A stretch of DNA of 64,000 nucleotides from Bacteroidota bacterium (GCA_016722565.1 JADKIU010000002.1:454119-518118), one strand, 5' to 3'. Numbered from the stretch's first letter, positions 50,194-60,514 are shown. The notes: generated from the letters alone by a model not told the origin. Program-made: numbers and translations.

Positions 50194-51009
50194 TTATTCA
50201 ACCCCCAACTTAGTCATTACATCCATGCTAACTCCAGTAGTGGAATATCCACCATCATGGAATAAGTTCTGCATGGTTACCATTCGAGTTAAGTCAGAGA
50301 AAAGGGTGATACAATAGTTTGCACAATCTTCTGCACTTGCATTTCCTAATGGAGCGATTGCATTGGCATAATCATAAAAATCACCAAATCCTTTAATTCC
50401 TGTTCCAGCAGTTGTTTTTGTTGGAGATTGAGAAACGGTATTGATACGTACCTTTTTATCTAATCCGTAATGGTATCCGAAACTACGAGCAATTGATTCC
50501 AACATCGCTTTGATGTCAGCCATATCGGTATAAAATGGATACGTGCGTTGGGCAGCCATATACGTAAGTGCAACAACACTTCCCCATTCATTGATGGCAT
50601 CCATTTTTTTAGCCACAGCTAACATTTTATGCAATGACATTGCAGAAACATCAATTCCTTTTGCAAAGTAGTCGTAATTCGATTCAGTATAAGGAATGTT
50701 TTTACGAATGTTTACGCTCATTCCGATCGAGTGAAGTACAAAATCAATTTTGCCACCTAAAACCTCTTGAGATTGGGTAAAAAGGTTGGTTAATTCTTCA
50801 ACACTGGTTGCGTCAGCTGGAATAATTTGAGAATTGGTTTTTTCTGCCAATTTTTTAATTTCACCCATGCGCATTGCGATTGGTGCATTGGTAAGGACAA
50901 ATGTAGCACCTTGTTCGTGCGCTTTTTCAGCTACTTTCCAAGCAATTGAATTTTCATCCAAAGCCCCTGTAATGATTCCGCGTTTTCCTTTTAATAAGTT
51001 GTATGACAT
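50194..51009 (-). CDS. fabI: enoyl-[acyl-carrier-protein] reductase (NADH)
   Basis: MSYNLLKGKRGIITGALDENSIAWKVA and the Y...K catalytic pair match FabI. Confidence 0.9.
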   Translation of the reverse strand: MSYNLLKGKRGIITGALDENSIAWKVAEKAHEQGATFVLTNAPIAMRMGEIKKLAEKTNSQIIPADATSVEELTNLFTQSQEVLGGKIDFVLHSIGMSVNIRKNIPYTESNYDYFAKGIDVSAMSLHKMLAVAKKMDAINEWGSVVALTYMAAQRTYPFYTDMADIKAMLESIARSFGYHYGLDKKVRINTVSQSPTKTTAGTGIKGFGDFYDYANAIAPLGNASAEDCANYCITLFSDLTRMVTMQNLFHDGGYSTTGVSMDVMTKLGVE

Positions 51010-51072
51010 ATATTTTTAGTTAGAAATTTGTTGAATTTTGAATGTTTGTTAAAGACAAATATAACAATAAGT

Positions 51073-52743
51073 TTAAGTTTTTAATAACTCTTTTGCATTG
51101 TTGATTGCAGCTGCGGTTGGAGCTCCTGTACTTAGCATTTTTGCAACTTCTTGTATCCGCTCTTCTGCGGTCAATTTTTTAATATTACTATATGTTTTAT
51201 TGTTTTTATCTTCTTTATAAACAAATAAATGGGATTGTCCTTTGCTTGCTATTTGTGGCAAATGCGTGATGGTAATCACTTGCATTTTTGTTGCCATTTT
51301 ATCCATGATACTGCCTACTTTATCGGCTACATCACCGGAAACACCAGTATCAATCTCATCAAATATTATGGTTGGCAAGGCTGTTAATTGAGCAATCAAG
51401 GATTTAATACTAAGCATCAAACGAGACAACTCACCACCGGATGCAACTTTATTCAATTCTTTAAAATCACTTCCTTTATTGGCAGAAAATAAAAAATTTA
51501 CTTTATCTAAACCATTGGCTGACAATACATCTAAGACTAAATGTTCAACCTTTAATTGAGCATTGGGCATCGATAGTGAAGATAGGAGCGAGGCGATTTC
51601 TTTTTCAATTTTCGGAATTGACTTTTTTCGATTAGCCGACATTGTTTTGGCAAGCGCTATTAATGATTTTTGCAAAACGCTCAACTCTTTATTCAATTTT
51701 TCAATTTCCGCCTCCAAGGAGCTGAAGTCAACTAATTTATTACTCAAATCATCTTTAATCGCAATCAACTCTTCTATTGTTTTAACCTGATGTTTTTGCT
51801 GTAAGCGATATACAGCATCTAATTTTTCAGTTAAAATCTCTATTTGTTTCGGATCGTAAACAATATCTTGCTCCAATGCTTCTAACTCGTTGGTAATATC
51901 TTTTAATTCGATATAAGCAATTGATAAGCGTGTACTCAATTCATTGATTTCAGGCTTAAATTTTGCCATTCCTGAAAGAATGATTTTTAATTCATTTAAA
52001 GAAGAAAGTAAATTCTGCTCACCACCAGCTAATCCATGAGCAGCTTTTGATAAATTGGATTTTATTTCTTCCGCATTGTTCAAGGTTTCCAATTCCTGCT
52101 CCATTGCCAATTGCTGATCAGCTTGCAAATTCGCATCTTCCAATTCATTGAATTGAAATTGGAAATAATCCAAATCCTTTTTTGCCTGCAATTCTCTTTC
52201 TGTTAAATCGTTCAGTTGTTTTTCTAAGATTTTATATTTTTTAAATCCTGCGGCATATTCTTCCATGGTGGACGAATGATCCGCAAAAGCATCTATAACA
52301 GAAAGTTGAAAAGCACTTCCATTCAATGTTAATGTTTGGTGTTGCGAATGAATGTCAATGAGGTATTCTGCTAGTTCTTTAAGTTGCGAAAGGGTGACAG
52401 GTGTATCATTAATAAAAGCGCGGGATTTTCCTTCTGTCCCGATAGCTATCGGGATAATTTCTCTACGAACAGTAGTTATTTCATCGTAATCCAACTCGTG
52501 TAAAGAAAAAAAATCTTTTAATGCATATCCTTTGATATTAAAACTAGCTTCCACCACACATTTTTTTGTTTTGTCTTGCAATGCTTGTGTATCGGCTCTA
52601 CTACCGGCAATCAAGCCCAAGGCTCCAAGCAAAATGGATTTACCAGCACCGGTTTCACCCGTAATAATGGTTAATCCATCAGTAAACTCTACTTCGAGTT
52701 TATCAATCAAGGCATAATTTTGAACAGAGATGTGCTTTAACAT
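51073..52743 (-). CDS. recN: DNA repair protein RecN
   Basis: MLKHISVQNYALIDKLEVEFTDGLTIITGETGAGKSILLGAL, a coiled-coil middle region, and a C-terminal SGGE signature. Confidence 0.95.
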   Translation of the reverse strand: MLKHISVQNYALIDKLEVEFTDGLTIITGETGAGKSILLGALGLIAGSRADTQALQDKTKKCVVEASFNIKGYALKDFFSLHELDYDEITTVRREIIPIAIGTEGKSRAFINDTPVTLSQLKELAEYLIDIHSQHQTLTLNGSAFQLSVIDAFADHSSTMEEYAAGFKKYKILEKQLNDLTERELQAKKDLDYFQFQFNELEDANLQADQQLAMEQELETLNNAEEIKSNLSKAAHGLAGGEQNLLSSLNELKIILSGMAKFKPEINELSTRLSIAYIELKDITNELEALEQDIVYDPKQIEILTEKLDAVYRLQQKHQVKTIEELIAIKDDLSNKLVDFSSLEAEIEKLNKELSVLQKSLIALAKTMSANRKKSIPKIEKEIASLLSSLSMPNAQLKVEHLVLDVLSANGLDKVNFLFSANKGSDFKELNKVASGGELSRLMLSIKSLIAQLTALPTIIFDEIDTGVSGDVADKVGSIMDKMATKMQVITITHLPQIASKGQSHLFVYKEDKNNKTYSNIKKLTAEERIQEVAKMLSTGAPTAAAINNAKELLKT

Positions 52744-52871
52744 AGTGGTGCTAAATTAAAGTTTTTTGATGTGTATTTCGGAAGGAATAAAGAAAAGAAA
52801 TTAACAGGTGAAGATAACGAACAGGAACGATACTGATAGCTATCGGGATCGGTTTTATTTCGCTACCTGTA

Positions 52872-53771
52872 TTACTGGCAATTGGTAATCTTTGTATACT
52901 TATTACTATTGGTAGGATCTATCTCATTCAGCAAACTAACCACCTTTGCTTTTTCATCGGCAAAACCGCCACAAAAAACATTTACAATTTCGTCTGCCTT
53001 TGCGATAAAAAAGACTTGTAAACTAAACGAAAGTGGTTTTACTTGGTGTACTTTTTTTAACTCCATCAAACTTTCTAAGATGACAGCTCTGCCAGCATCT
53101 TTATTATCGGCCATCACGTCTAATCCTTTGCGGTGATAATTGTACAACCCTTCACGAATACTCACATACGTTGCATCCAACATGTTATTAATCAACCAAT
53201 AGCGATTGTTGTTGCTATCAAACGCTTTCCAGCCTAGGTATCCTGAATTTTGTGCATTGTTCACTACAGCCAATGCCTTTTGTAAATAAGCAGTTCCGCC
53301 ATTCAATGCAAACGAATCATAATCCATTCCAATAACAAAATAGGCATAAAAGGCTAGGATGGAAGTTAAATTAGAGGAGTAGGTATTCTCAACAAATTCT
53401 AGAGGTTGAGCTTCCGTATATTTAAACGCAATATCATTATCGTTAAAATTTAACAGAGCGGAATTGTAAGCAGTTTTAAACACCGGTCTGCTTGCCTGAA
53501 TCTGCAAGGTTCCTTTGAATTCATCCGAACCTATGCGTTCAGTGATGTTAATCAGGATGCTGCAATCAATACGTTCTTCTATTTTAAAATTTTCATTGGT
53601 CCATTTGCGAGTCAACATAAACTCCCTAATAGCAGTTTCCATCGCATCAAACACACGTTTATCGGTACCGGCTATTTGGGTAGAATTGACGGTTACTTTA
53701 CAATTTAATTCTTGTGAAAACACCGAATGGAATGCACCAACAAAAAACAGAAGTAGAATTAATTTACGCAC
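52872..53771 (-). CDS. hypothetical secreted protein, DUF4835-like; commonly found between coaBC and recN in Bacteroidota
   Basis: Signal peptide and 299 aa. The family call rests on genomic context and general similarity. Confidence 0.55.
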   Translation of the reverse strand: MRKLILLLFFVGAFHSVFSQELNCKVTVNSTQIAGTDKRVFDAMETAIREFMLTRKWTNENFKIEERIDCSILINITERIGSDEFKGTLQIQASRPVFKTAYNSALLNFNDNDIAFKYTEAQPLEFVENTYSSNLTSILAFYAYFVIGMDYDSFALNGGTAYLQKALAVVNNAQNSGYLGWKAFDSNNNRYWLINNMLDATYVSIREGLYNYHRKGLDVMADNKDAGRAVILESLMELKKVHQVKPLSFSLQVFFIAKADEIVNVFCGGFADEKAKVVSLLNEIDPTNSNKYTKITNCQ

Positions 53772-54974
53772 TTATTTTGTTTTAATAGTTTGAATTGCTT
53801 TTAAAATATCTTTCGCCACTTCCTCCTTTGTCTTTAACTCAAATTTAGTGATTTTATTGTTTTTATCAATAAGGGTAATCTTATTCGTATCGCTCTTAAA
53901 TCCGGCACCTTTATCTTTTAAGGAATTCAGTACAATTAAATCCAGGTTTTTCTTTTTGATTTTTTCTTTTGCATTCGCAACTTCATTTTCTGTTTCTAAT
54001 GCAAAGCCAACCAACACTTGTTTCTTGGTTTTCAACTTCGCTAATTCGGCCAATGTATCTTTTGTCGGAATTAAATCAATCGACTTTGTTCCGGTAGATT
54101 TTTTTATTTTTTGATTGGCTGTTTTTGCAGGCTTATAATCTGCTACGGCAGCAGAAAGGATTGCAATGTCTGCATTTTTAAATGCCTTTACAGATGCTTG
54201 AAAAAGCTCTTCTGCGGAAGTCACATCCACACGATTAATACTACTATTGGATAGCTTCAGGCTATTGGGACCACAAACCAATGTGACGCTTGCACCTTGA
54301 GCCGCCAACGCTTCTGCAATGGCAAAACCCATTTTTCCGGAAGAATGATTCCCAATAAATCGAACAGGATCAATCGATTCATAGGTTGGTCCGGCAGTTA
54401 CCAATACTTGTTTCTTAGAGAATGGTAGATTTTTTGAAAGTTCTTTTTCAAGAAAAGCAATAATTTCTTCCGGCTCTGCCATTCTACCTTCACCATGCAA
54501 TCCACTTGCAAGTTCACCCGTTCCAGGCTGAATAATTTTATTACCAAACGATTCTAGTCGCTTGAGGTTGTCTTTTGTACTTTTATGTTTAAACATATCC
54601 AAATCCATTGCAGGAGCAATGTAAACCGGACATTTTGCTGAAAGATAAGCAGCCAGCAATAAATTATCACAAATGCCATTTGCCATTTTAGCAATGGTAT
54701 TTGCTGATGCGGGAGCAATCACAAAAACATCTGCCCATAAACCTAATTCTACATGGTTGTTCCATTCACCTTGTTTGTTTTTAGTAAACTCAATCAATAC
54801 AGGATTTTTGGAAAGGGTAGAAAGTGTAAGTGGGGTAATAAATTCGGTAGAGGAGTTGGTCATAATTACTTTGACATTGGCTCCGGCTTTTACAAGTAAA
54901 CGCACTAAAAATGCTGATTTATAAGCAGCAATGCTAGCAGTTACACCAAGTAATATGTTTTTGTTTTTGAGCAT
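53772..54974 (-). CDS. coaBC: bifunctional phosphopantothenoylcysteine decarboxylase / phosphopantothenate-cysteine ligase
   Basis: Flavoprotein N-terminus (ILLGVTASIAAYK...) and a CoaB domain (VTAGPTYESIDPVRFIGNHSSGKMG). Confidence 0.95.
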   Translation of the reverse strand: MLKNKNILLGVTASIAAYKSAFLVRLLVKAGANVKVIMTNSSTEFITPLTLSTLSKNPVLIEFTKNKQGEWNNHVELGLWADVFVIAPASANTIAKMANGICDNLLLAAYLSAKCPVYIAPAMDLDMFKHKSTKDNLKRLESFGNKIIQPGTGELASGLHGEGRMAEPEEIIAFLEKELSKNLPFSKKQVLVTAGPTYESIDPVRFIGNHSSGKMGFAIAEALAAQGASVTLVCGPNSLKLSNSSINRVDVTSAEELFQASVKAFKNADIAILSAAVADYKPAKTANQKIKKSTGTKSIDLIPTKDTLAELAKLKTKKQVLVGFALETENEVANAKEKIKKKNLDLIVLNSLKDKGAGFKSDTNKITLIDKNNKITKFELKTKEEVAKDILKAIQTIKTK

Positions 54975-54984
54975 CTAATAAAAA

Positions 54985-55044
54985 AGCAGTTCGCGATTAT
55001 GACACATTTCAATAAAAAATCGAATGAGAATAACGCGAACTGCT
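54985..55044 (-). promoter_or_regulatory. 11-bp perfect-stem hairpin with a 38-nt loop and U-run, ending 10 nt before the coaBC start codon
   Basis: On the minus strand: AGCAGTTCGCG-(38 nt)-CGCGAACTGCT TTTTTATTAG ATG. This is either the rpoZ terminator or an attenuator. Confidence 0.4.
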
Positions 55045-55060
55045 AACTATAGTTTTACTA

Positions 55061-55393
55061 TTACTTATTTTCTACAACAGTAACTGGGTTACGGTGGTAA
55101 ATTTTATTGTCAAAAAACTCTTGAATCGCAATCAAAGAAGGTTTTGGCAAACGCTCGTAATATTTAGAAATTTCGATTTGTTCACGATTTTCAAAAATCT
55201 CTTCCAAATTATCAGTATTTGATGCAAACTCAGCAAGTTTGTTTGTCAACTCTTCTTTCATTTCAGCGCTGATTTGGTTAGCACGTTTAGAGATGATTGC
55301 AATACTTTCGTAGATATTACCAGTTTTACCATCTAAACTTCTTAAATCGCGAGTGGTAGTTGTTAAATCTGCATTTGTTTTTTTGTAGTCCAT
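55061..55393 (-). CDS. rpoZ: DNA-directed RNA polymerase subunit omega
   Basis: 110 aa. ...NIYESIAIISKRANQIS... is typical of Bacteroidota omega. The position between bamD and coaBC is conserved. Confidence 0.7.
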   Translation of the reverse strand: MDYKKTNADLTTTTRDLRSLDGKTGNIYESIAIISKRANQISAEMKEELTNKLAEFASNTDNLEEIFENREQIEISKYYERLPKPSLIAIQEFFDNKIYHRNPVTVVENK

Positions 55394-55405
55394 TTTGCTA
55401 TTGAT

Positions 55406-56287
55406 TTATGATTGTGGTTTGTTATACTTTTCTAAATTCTTTAATGCGCTGGAATAAACCATTTCGGCTTGTTTCAAGTATTCGCTCTTTGGAAAATTAT
55501 CCAAAAATTTAATGTAATGATCCGTAGCAGCTTTAAAACGTTCTTGCTTTTTTGATTCAATACTATTCAAAGCCAATAAATAATAAGAGCGGATAATCAA
55601 ATAATTCAATTCTTCTTCATGTTTATTACCCGGAAACTCTTTTAAATGATTTCCAAAAGCCACAATCGAAGCTTTATAATCACTCATGTTGTAATACAGC
55701 ATTGAATTCTCATACGACTTCAATTCCAATTTCCCTCTTAATCGATCCAATATCTCGTTGCATTCAGGGATGTGTTGACTTTGAGGATATTGATTGGTAA
55801 AACGCTGAAACTCCTTAATGGCTAACTTTGTATCAATTTGATCCAAACTGTATTGAGGCGAATTCAAATAGAAACAATATGCATTCATATATGCACATTC
55901 TTCAGCATGTTTACTGGTTGGGAAGTTGCGAACAAAGTTTCTGAATTGATAGCCAGCAACAATGTAATCACTCAAATTATAACTACAATATGCATAGTAA
56001 TAATGAACTTCTTCACCACGGGCAGTACCTCTGTAAACGCCCATCAATTCTTCAAATAACGTTAATGCACGCGTATATTCCTCGGCATCAAAATACTTTA
56101 CGGCTGCCGTAAACTTCGCATCCATATCACTGCTCTTTACCAGCTTGTTAAACTTTCCGATGGTCACATCAAAACGTTTCTTTTTTTCGCCACCCGATGT
56201 ATCATAAACGCGTTCCTTGTTGTTACAAGAAAAAAGCGCTAAAGCGGTTACGACTAAAAATGTGATATAAAATTGTTTATTCAGCAT
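55406..56287 (-). CDS. bamD: outer membrane protein assembly factor BamD (TPR-like lipoprotein)
   Basis: Lipobox LFSC, TPR-like helices, and a length consistent with BamD. Confidence 0.8.
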   Translation of the reverse strand: MLNKQFYITFLVVTALALFSCNNKERVYDTSGGEKKKRFDVTIGKFNKLVKSSDMDAKFTAAVKYFDAEEYTRALTLFEELMGVYRGTARGEEVHYYYAYCSYNLSDYIVAGYQFRNFVRNFPTSKHAEECAYMNAYCFYLNSPQYSLDQIDTKLAIKEFQRFTNQYPQSQHIPECNEILDRLRGKLELKSYENSMLYYNMSDYKASIVAFGNHLKEFPGNKHEEELNYLIIRSYYLLALNSIESKKQERFKAATDHYIKFLDNFPKSEYLKQAEMVYSSALKNLEKYNKPQS

Positions 56288-56443
56288 AAAAGGACTGCAA
56301 ATATAAGATTTTTGAATGAAACTAGTGCAATAAATCTGATTAATTCAGTGAACCGAATTTGTTAATTAAAATCCCTTTGAAAATAGGCCTTAAACCATTA
56401 ATTTCGCTTCTCTAAATTTTAAAAACTATACACTAACGATAAT

Positions 56444-57688
56444 ATGAAGGATTTATTTGAAAAAATAAAAGCAAATCGCGGACCGATTGGTATGCACGCG
56501 AAAGAGTCACATGGCTATTTTACTTTCCCGAAATTGGAAGGGGATATCAAACCTCGCATGATTTTCCGCGGAAAAGAACGCTTAAACTGGAGTTTAAATA
56601 ACTATTTAGGATTGGCAAACCATCCGGAAGTTCGTAAAGCTGATGCGGATGCAGCTGCGGCATACGGTTTTGCAATGCCAATGGGTGCTCGTATGATGAG
56701 CGGAAATTCCAACTTGCACGAACAACTAGAATCAGAGTTGTCTACCTTTTTTAGTAAAGAATCAACCATCCTTTGTAACTTCGGTTACCAGGCAATGGTA
56801 TCGGCAATCGACTGTTTAGTGGATCGCCACGATGTGATTGTTTACGATGCAGAATCACATGCATGTATCTTAGATGGTGTGCGCTTGCACATGGGAAAAC
56901 GTTATGTTTTTAAGCACAACGACATCGAGGATTTTGAAAAACAAATGGTAAGAGCAACAAAATTAGCAGAAGCTCAAAATGGTTCTATTCTTGTTATCAC
57001 GGAAGGTGTATTCGGAATGAGCGGTCGCCAAGGCAGATTAAGTGAAATTGTTGCGTTGAAGAGTAAATACAAATTCCGTTTATTCGTTGATGATGCGCAT
57101 GGTTGCGGAACGATGGGTAAAACAGGTGGTGGAACAGGGCAGGAGCAAGGTTGTCAAGATGGAATTGATATCTATTTCGGAACATTTGCAAAATCGTTTG
57201 CATTAATTGGTGGATTTATTTCCAGCGAAGAACAAATTGTTGAATACTTACGTTACAACATGCGTTCTCAAATTTTCGCTAAATCATTACCATTACCTCT
57301 CGTTGTAGGTGCTTTAAAACGCCTAGAGTTGATGAGAAATCACCCGGAATACAAAGATAAATTATGGGAAATTACTCATGCATTGCAAAGCGGATTAAAA
57401 ACTGCTGGTTTCGAAATCGGTTTAACCAATTCACCAGTAACGCCTGTATTCATGAATGGTTCCATCCCTGAAGCAACCAACTTGATTTTGGACTTACGTG
57501 AAAACTTCAATATTTTCTGCTCGATGGTGGTTTATCCAGTTGTTCCAAAAGGTGTGATTATTCTTCGATTAATCCCAACGGCAGTTCATTCAATGGACGA
57601 TGTAAACTACACCATTGATGCGTTCTCTAAAATTGTAGGAAAATTAAAATCCGGACAATACATATCTGATAAAATTGCGGCTCACTAA
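56444..57688 (+). CDS. alpha-oxoamine synthase family PLP enzyme (8-amino-7-oxononanoate synthase / serine palmitoyltransferase-like)
   Basis: FGTFAKSFALIGG contains the PLP-binding Lys. The fold is class I/II aminotransferase, with LNNYLGLANHP at the N-terminus. Confidence 0.8.
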   Translation: MKDLFEKIKANRGPIGMHAKESHGYFTFPKLEGDIKPRMIFRGKERLNWSLNNYLGLANHPEVRKADADAAAAYGFAMPMGARMMSGNSNLHEQLESELSTFFSKESTILCNFGYQAMVSAIDCLVDRHDVIVYDAESHACILDGVRLHMGKRYVFKHNDIEDFEKQMVRATKLAEAQNGSILVITEGVFGMSGRQGRLSEIVALKSKYKFRLFVDDAHGCGTMGKTGGGTGQEQGCQDGIDIYFGTFAKSFALIGGFISSEEQIVEYLRYNMRSQIFAKSLPLPLVVGALKRLELMRNHPEYKDKLWEITHALQSGLKTAGFEIGLTNSPVTPVFMNGSIPEATNLILDLRENFNIFCSMVVYPVVPKGVIILRLIPTAVHSMDDVNYTIDAFSKIVGKLKSGQYISDKIAAH

Positions 57689-57697
57689 AAAACACTC

Positions 57698-58180
57698 ATG
57701 ATGAAGAAAATCGCATTATTACTATTCGTTAGTTCTATTAGTCTTGCTGGTTTTGCTCAGGCTAAAAAGAAAAGTCCGATTGATGGTCGTATTTATGCCA
57801 TCACACTTACTGAAGAAGGTAAGAAAAAGGCGGAGCCGATCAAAGATGATATGACCTTTGTTGCTGCGGGTAAGTTTAAATCCAACTACTTAGTGCAAGC
57901 ACAATTTCCGCAATCGGATTATGAATATGAAGTGGATTCAACAACCACTCCGGTTTCTATTAAATTTACAGTAGAAGCAAAAAATACGGATGAGGGTCGT
58001 TTTTCATGGGAAGGTACGATTGAAGGAGATAATATTTCCGGAACAGCAATCATCCGTAAAAAAGGAAAAATTATTCATTCGTATACGTTTACCGGAACAC
58101 ATAAAAACAAAAAGAAAGTGAAACCGGCTCCGAAACCTGCAGCTCCTGCTGTTGCTCCAGATTCAACAAAAACCGAATAA
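57698..58180 (+). CDS. hypothetical secreted protein with a Pro/Ala/Lys-rich C-terminal tail
   Basis: Signal peptide MMKKIALLLFVSSISLAGFAQA. No recognisable domain. Confidence 0.45.
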   Translation: MMKKIALLLFVSSISLAGFAQAKKKSPIDGRIYAITLTEEGKKKAEPIKDDMTFVAAGKFKSNYLVQAQFPQSDYEYEVDSTTTPVSIKFTVEAKNTDEGRFSWEGTIEGDNISGTAIIRKKGKIIHSYTFTGTHKNKKKVKPAPKPAAPAVAPDSTKTE

Positions 58181-58215
58181 CATTTTATTCGACTCAGCTA
58201 ATACTGAACAGAAAT

Positions 58216-58251
58216 AAAAAAGCCTCTCGAAATCTCGAGAGGCTTTTTTAT
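58216..58251. terminator. bidirectional intrinsic terminator
   Basis: AGCCTCTCGAG-at-CTCGAGAGGCT flanked by AAAAAA and TTTTTT. Confidence 0.75.
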
Positions 58252-58265
58252 TAAAGCAAAATATA

Positions 58266-58454
58266 TTAAGCTTTTTTTACGTTTACCGCATTTAAACCTT
58301 TTTTGCCTTCAGCAACATCAAACGTTACTGTGTCGTTTTCTTTGATTTTGTCTTCCAAACCTGTTGCGTGAACAAAAATTTCTTGACCTGAATCGTCTTT
58401 AATAAAACCAAAACCTTTTGCTTCGTTAAAGAATTTTACTGTACCTGTTTTCAT
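58266..58454 (-). CDS. cold-shock protein (CspA family)
   Basis: MKTGTVKFFNEAKGFGFIKDDSGQEIFVHATGL contains the RNP1 and RNP2 motifs. Confidence 0.95.
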   Translation of the reverse strand: MKTGTVKFFNEAKGFGFIKDDSGQEIFVHATGLEDKIKENDTVTFDVAEGKKGLNAVNVKKA

Positions 58455-58610
58455 TGTAATGTAATTTGATTGTTTTTAATTAATTAGGCAAATATATAGC
58501 ATAATTCATTAAAAGTCAATTTTTTTCAATTTATATCGCTTTTTTACCTCCGAATATCGATAAATTAACCTTGCTAAGCGAAACTTGTTAGCCTCAAAAA
58601 CGACTAATTA

Positions 58611-59273
58611 TCAGCCTCTTTGCCCGAAAATAGAGCTTCCTACGCGGATTAACGTACTTCCTTGTTCAATTGCCAATTGATAGTCGGAACTCATGCCCAT
58701 ACTCACGTTGGAAAGTTGAAAGTTGAAGGTTGAAAAATTGGAAAGTTTGTCGTAAAACTGCTTCAACGACTTGAATTCATTGGAGATAAGTTCCTTTTTG
58801 TCCGTATTTGTGGCCATTCCCATAAAACCGGTAATTTTTATGTTTTTTAAGTCCTTTAGTTCCGCTGAATGAATGAGTTGTTCCGCTTCTTCAAAACTCA
58901 AACCGAATTTTGTTTCCTCTTTTGCGATGTAAATTTGTAGTAAACAATTGATGATTCTGTTGTTCTTTTCTGCTTGTTTGTTGATTTCCTGAAGTAATTT
59001 CAAACTATCCACCGAATGTATTAATGAAACAAACGGAGCAATGTATTTTACTTTATTACTCTGTAAATGTCCAATCAAATGCCATTCTATATCTTTCGGC
59101 ATCACTTCATATTTATCCACCATCTCCTGAACCTTATTCTCACCGAAGATCTTGTGACCAGCATCGTATACTTCCTGAAGTTTATTGACAGGATGTGTTT
59201 TTGTAACCGCAATCAGCGTTACTTGGGGAGGAAGAGAGGATTTTATTCTATGGAGGTTATCTGCAATGCTCAT
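58611..59273 (-). CDS. yggS: YggS-family pyridoxal phosphate homeostasis protein
   Basis: IAVTKTHPVNKLQEVYDAGHKIFGENKVQE contains the PLP-binding Lys. Confidence 0.9.
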   Translation of the reverse strand: MSIADNLHRIKSSLPPQVTLIAVTKTHPVNKLQEVYDAGHKIFGENKVQEMVDKYEVMPKDIEWHLIGHLQSNKVKYIAPFVSLIHSVDSLKLLQEINKQAEKNNRIINCLLQIYIAKEETKFGLSFEEAEQLIHSAELKDLKNIKITGFMGMATNTDKKELISNEFKSLKQFYDKLSNFSTFNFQLSNVSMGMSSDYQLAIEQGSTLIRVGSSIFGQRG

Positions 59274-60514
59274 TCACTCAAACTATAAATCACCAAACCA
59301 CTTCTCATCTTTGGTTCTACCCAAGTGGTTTTCGGTGGCATAATGTTATTTGTATCCGCAATGTGTTTCAATTGCTCCATTTCCACAGGATATAGGCCAA
59401 ATGCTACTTTGAAATTCCATTTATCTACCTGGTGTTTCAATTCCTTCATTCCTTTTATTCCAGAAACAAATCCAATTCGTTTATCTGTTTTTAAATCGTG
59501 AACATCCAGAATAGGAGAGAGGATGTGTTCGGTTAAGATGGATGCATCCAAGCTTCCAACAGGTTCTTCGTTGTGAATGATTTCTTTTTTTGCATCTAAG
59601 GAATACCATTTCCCTTCCAGATACATACTGAAATTATGCTTTTTCGAAGGTTTGTACAATTCTTCTTTTTCTACAATGATAAACTTTTCGGAAAGTTTTT
59701 TCAAAAAATCGGCAACCGATAAATCATTGATATCACGCACAACACGATTAAAATCAAAAATCTTCAATTGTGTTTCTGGAAAGAAAACTCCTAAATAATA
59801 ATTATAGGGTTCTTTGCCCGTATATCCTGGATTTTTTGCTCTACGGGATTTTCCTAGCAATCCGGAGGAAGCCGAACGATGATGACCATCTGCAATATAT
59901 ACTGCAGGTATTTTAGAAAAACGCTCTTGAATCGTTGAAACAGTCGCTGCATCATTTACCAACCACAATTTATGTCTTACTCTATCGGTTGTTGTAAAAT
60001 CATAAACTGGTTCTGCCTGAATTGATTTAGCTGTTATTTCGTCAATCACTTGATCATTGGGGTAGCTGAACAAAACAGGTTCTGCATTAAAATCACACAC
60101 TTCCAAATAATGCATGAGTTTTTCTTCTCTATCTGTTAATGTTTGTTCGTGTATTTTAATCACTCCGTTAAAATAATCATCGATGCTGGAACAACCGATG
60201 ATTCCGGTATATACATTGCCATCCTTCAGTTGTTGATAGATGTAATACGTTGGTTTATCATCCGTCACAAAAACTTCTTCTTCAACAAATTTTAGGTATT
60301 TTGCTTTTGCTTTTTGCAAACGTTCAATCGAACCCGGCTTTGATTTTTTACCATCGCTGTAATCCGGACTAATCACATGTAAAAATGAGAAAGGATTACT
60401 TGCCAGTTTGTCGTGCAATTCAGCCGTATTGTAGCCGTCTACAGAACGGGATGCAACTAAATGAACTTTATCTCGAGAAGGACGGATGCCTTTAAAAGGA
60501 ATGATATTCGCCAT
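59270..60514 (-). CDS. DUF1015 domain protein
   Basis: MANIIPFKGIRPSRDKVHLVASRSVDGY is the characteristic N-terminus. It is adjacent to serA, as is common in Bacteroidota. Confidence 0.8.
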   Translation of the reverse strand: MANIIPFKGIRPSRDKVHLVASRSVDGYNTAELHDKLASNPFSFLHVISPDYSDGKKSKPGSIERLQKAKAKYLKFVEEEVFVTDDKPTYYIYQQLKDGNVYTGIIGCSSIDDYFNGVIKIHEQTLTDREEKLMHYLEVCDFNAEPVLFSYPNDQVIDEITAKSIQAEPVYDFTTTDRVRHKLWLVNDAATVSTIQERFSKIPAVYIADGHHRSASSGLLGKSRRAKNPGYTGKEPYNYYLGVFFPETQLKIFDFNRVVRDINDLSVADFLKKLSEKFIIVEKEELYKPSKKHNFSMYLEGKWYSLDAKKEIIHNEEPVGSLDASILTEHILSPILDVHDLKTDKRIGFVSGIKGMKELKHQVDKWNFKVAFGLYPVEMEQLKHIADTNNIMPPKTTWVEPKMRSGLVIYSLSE

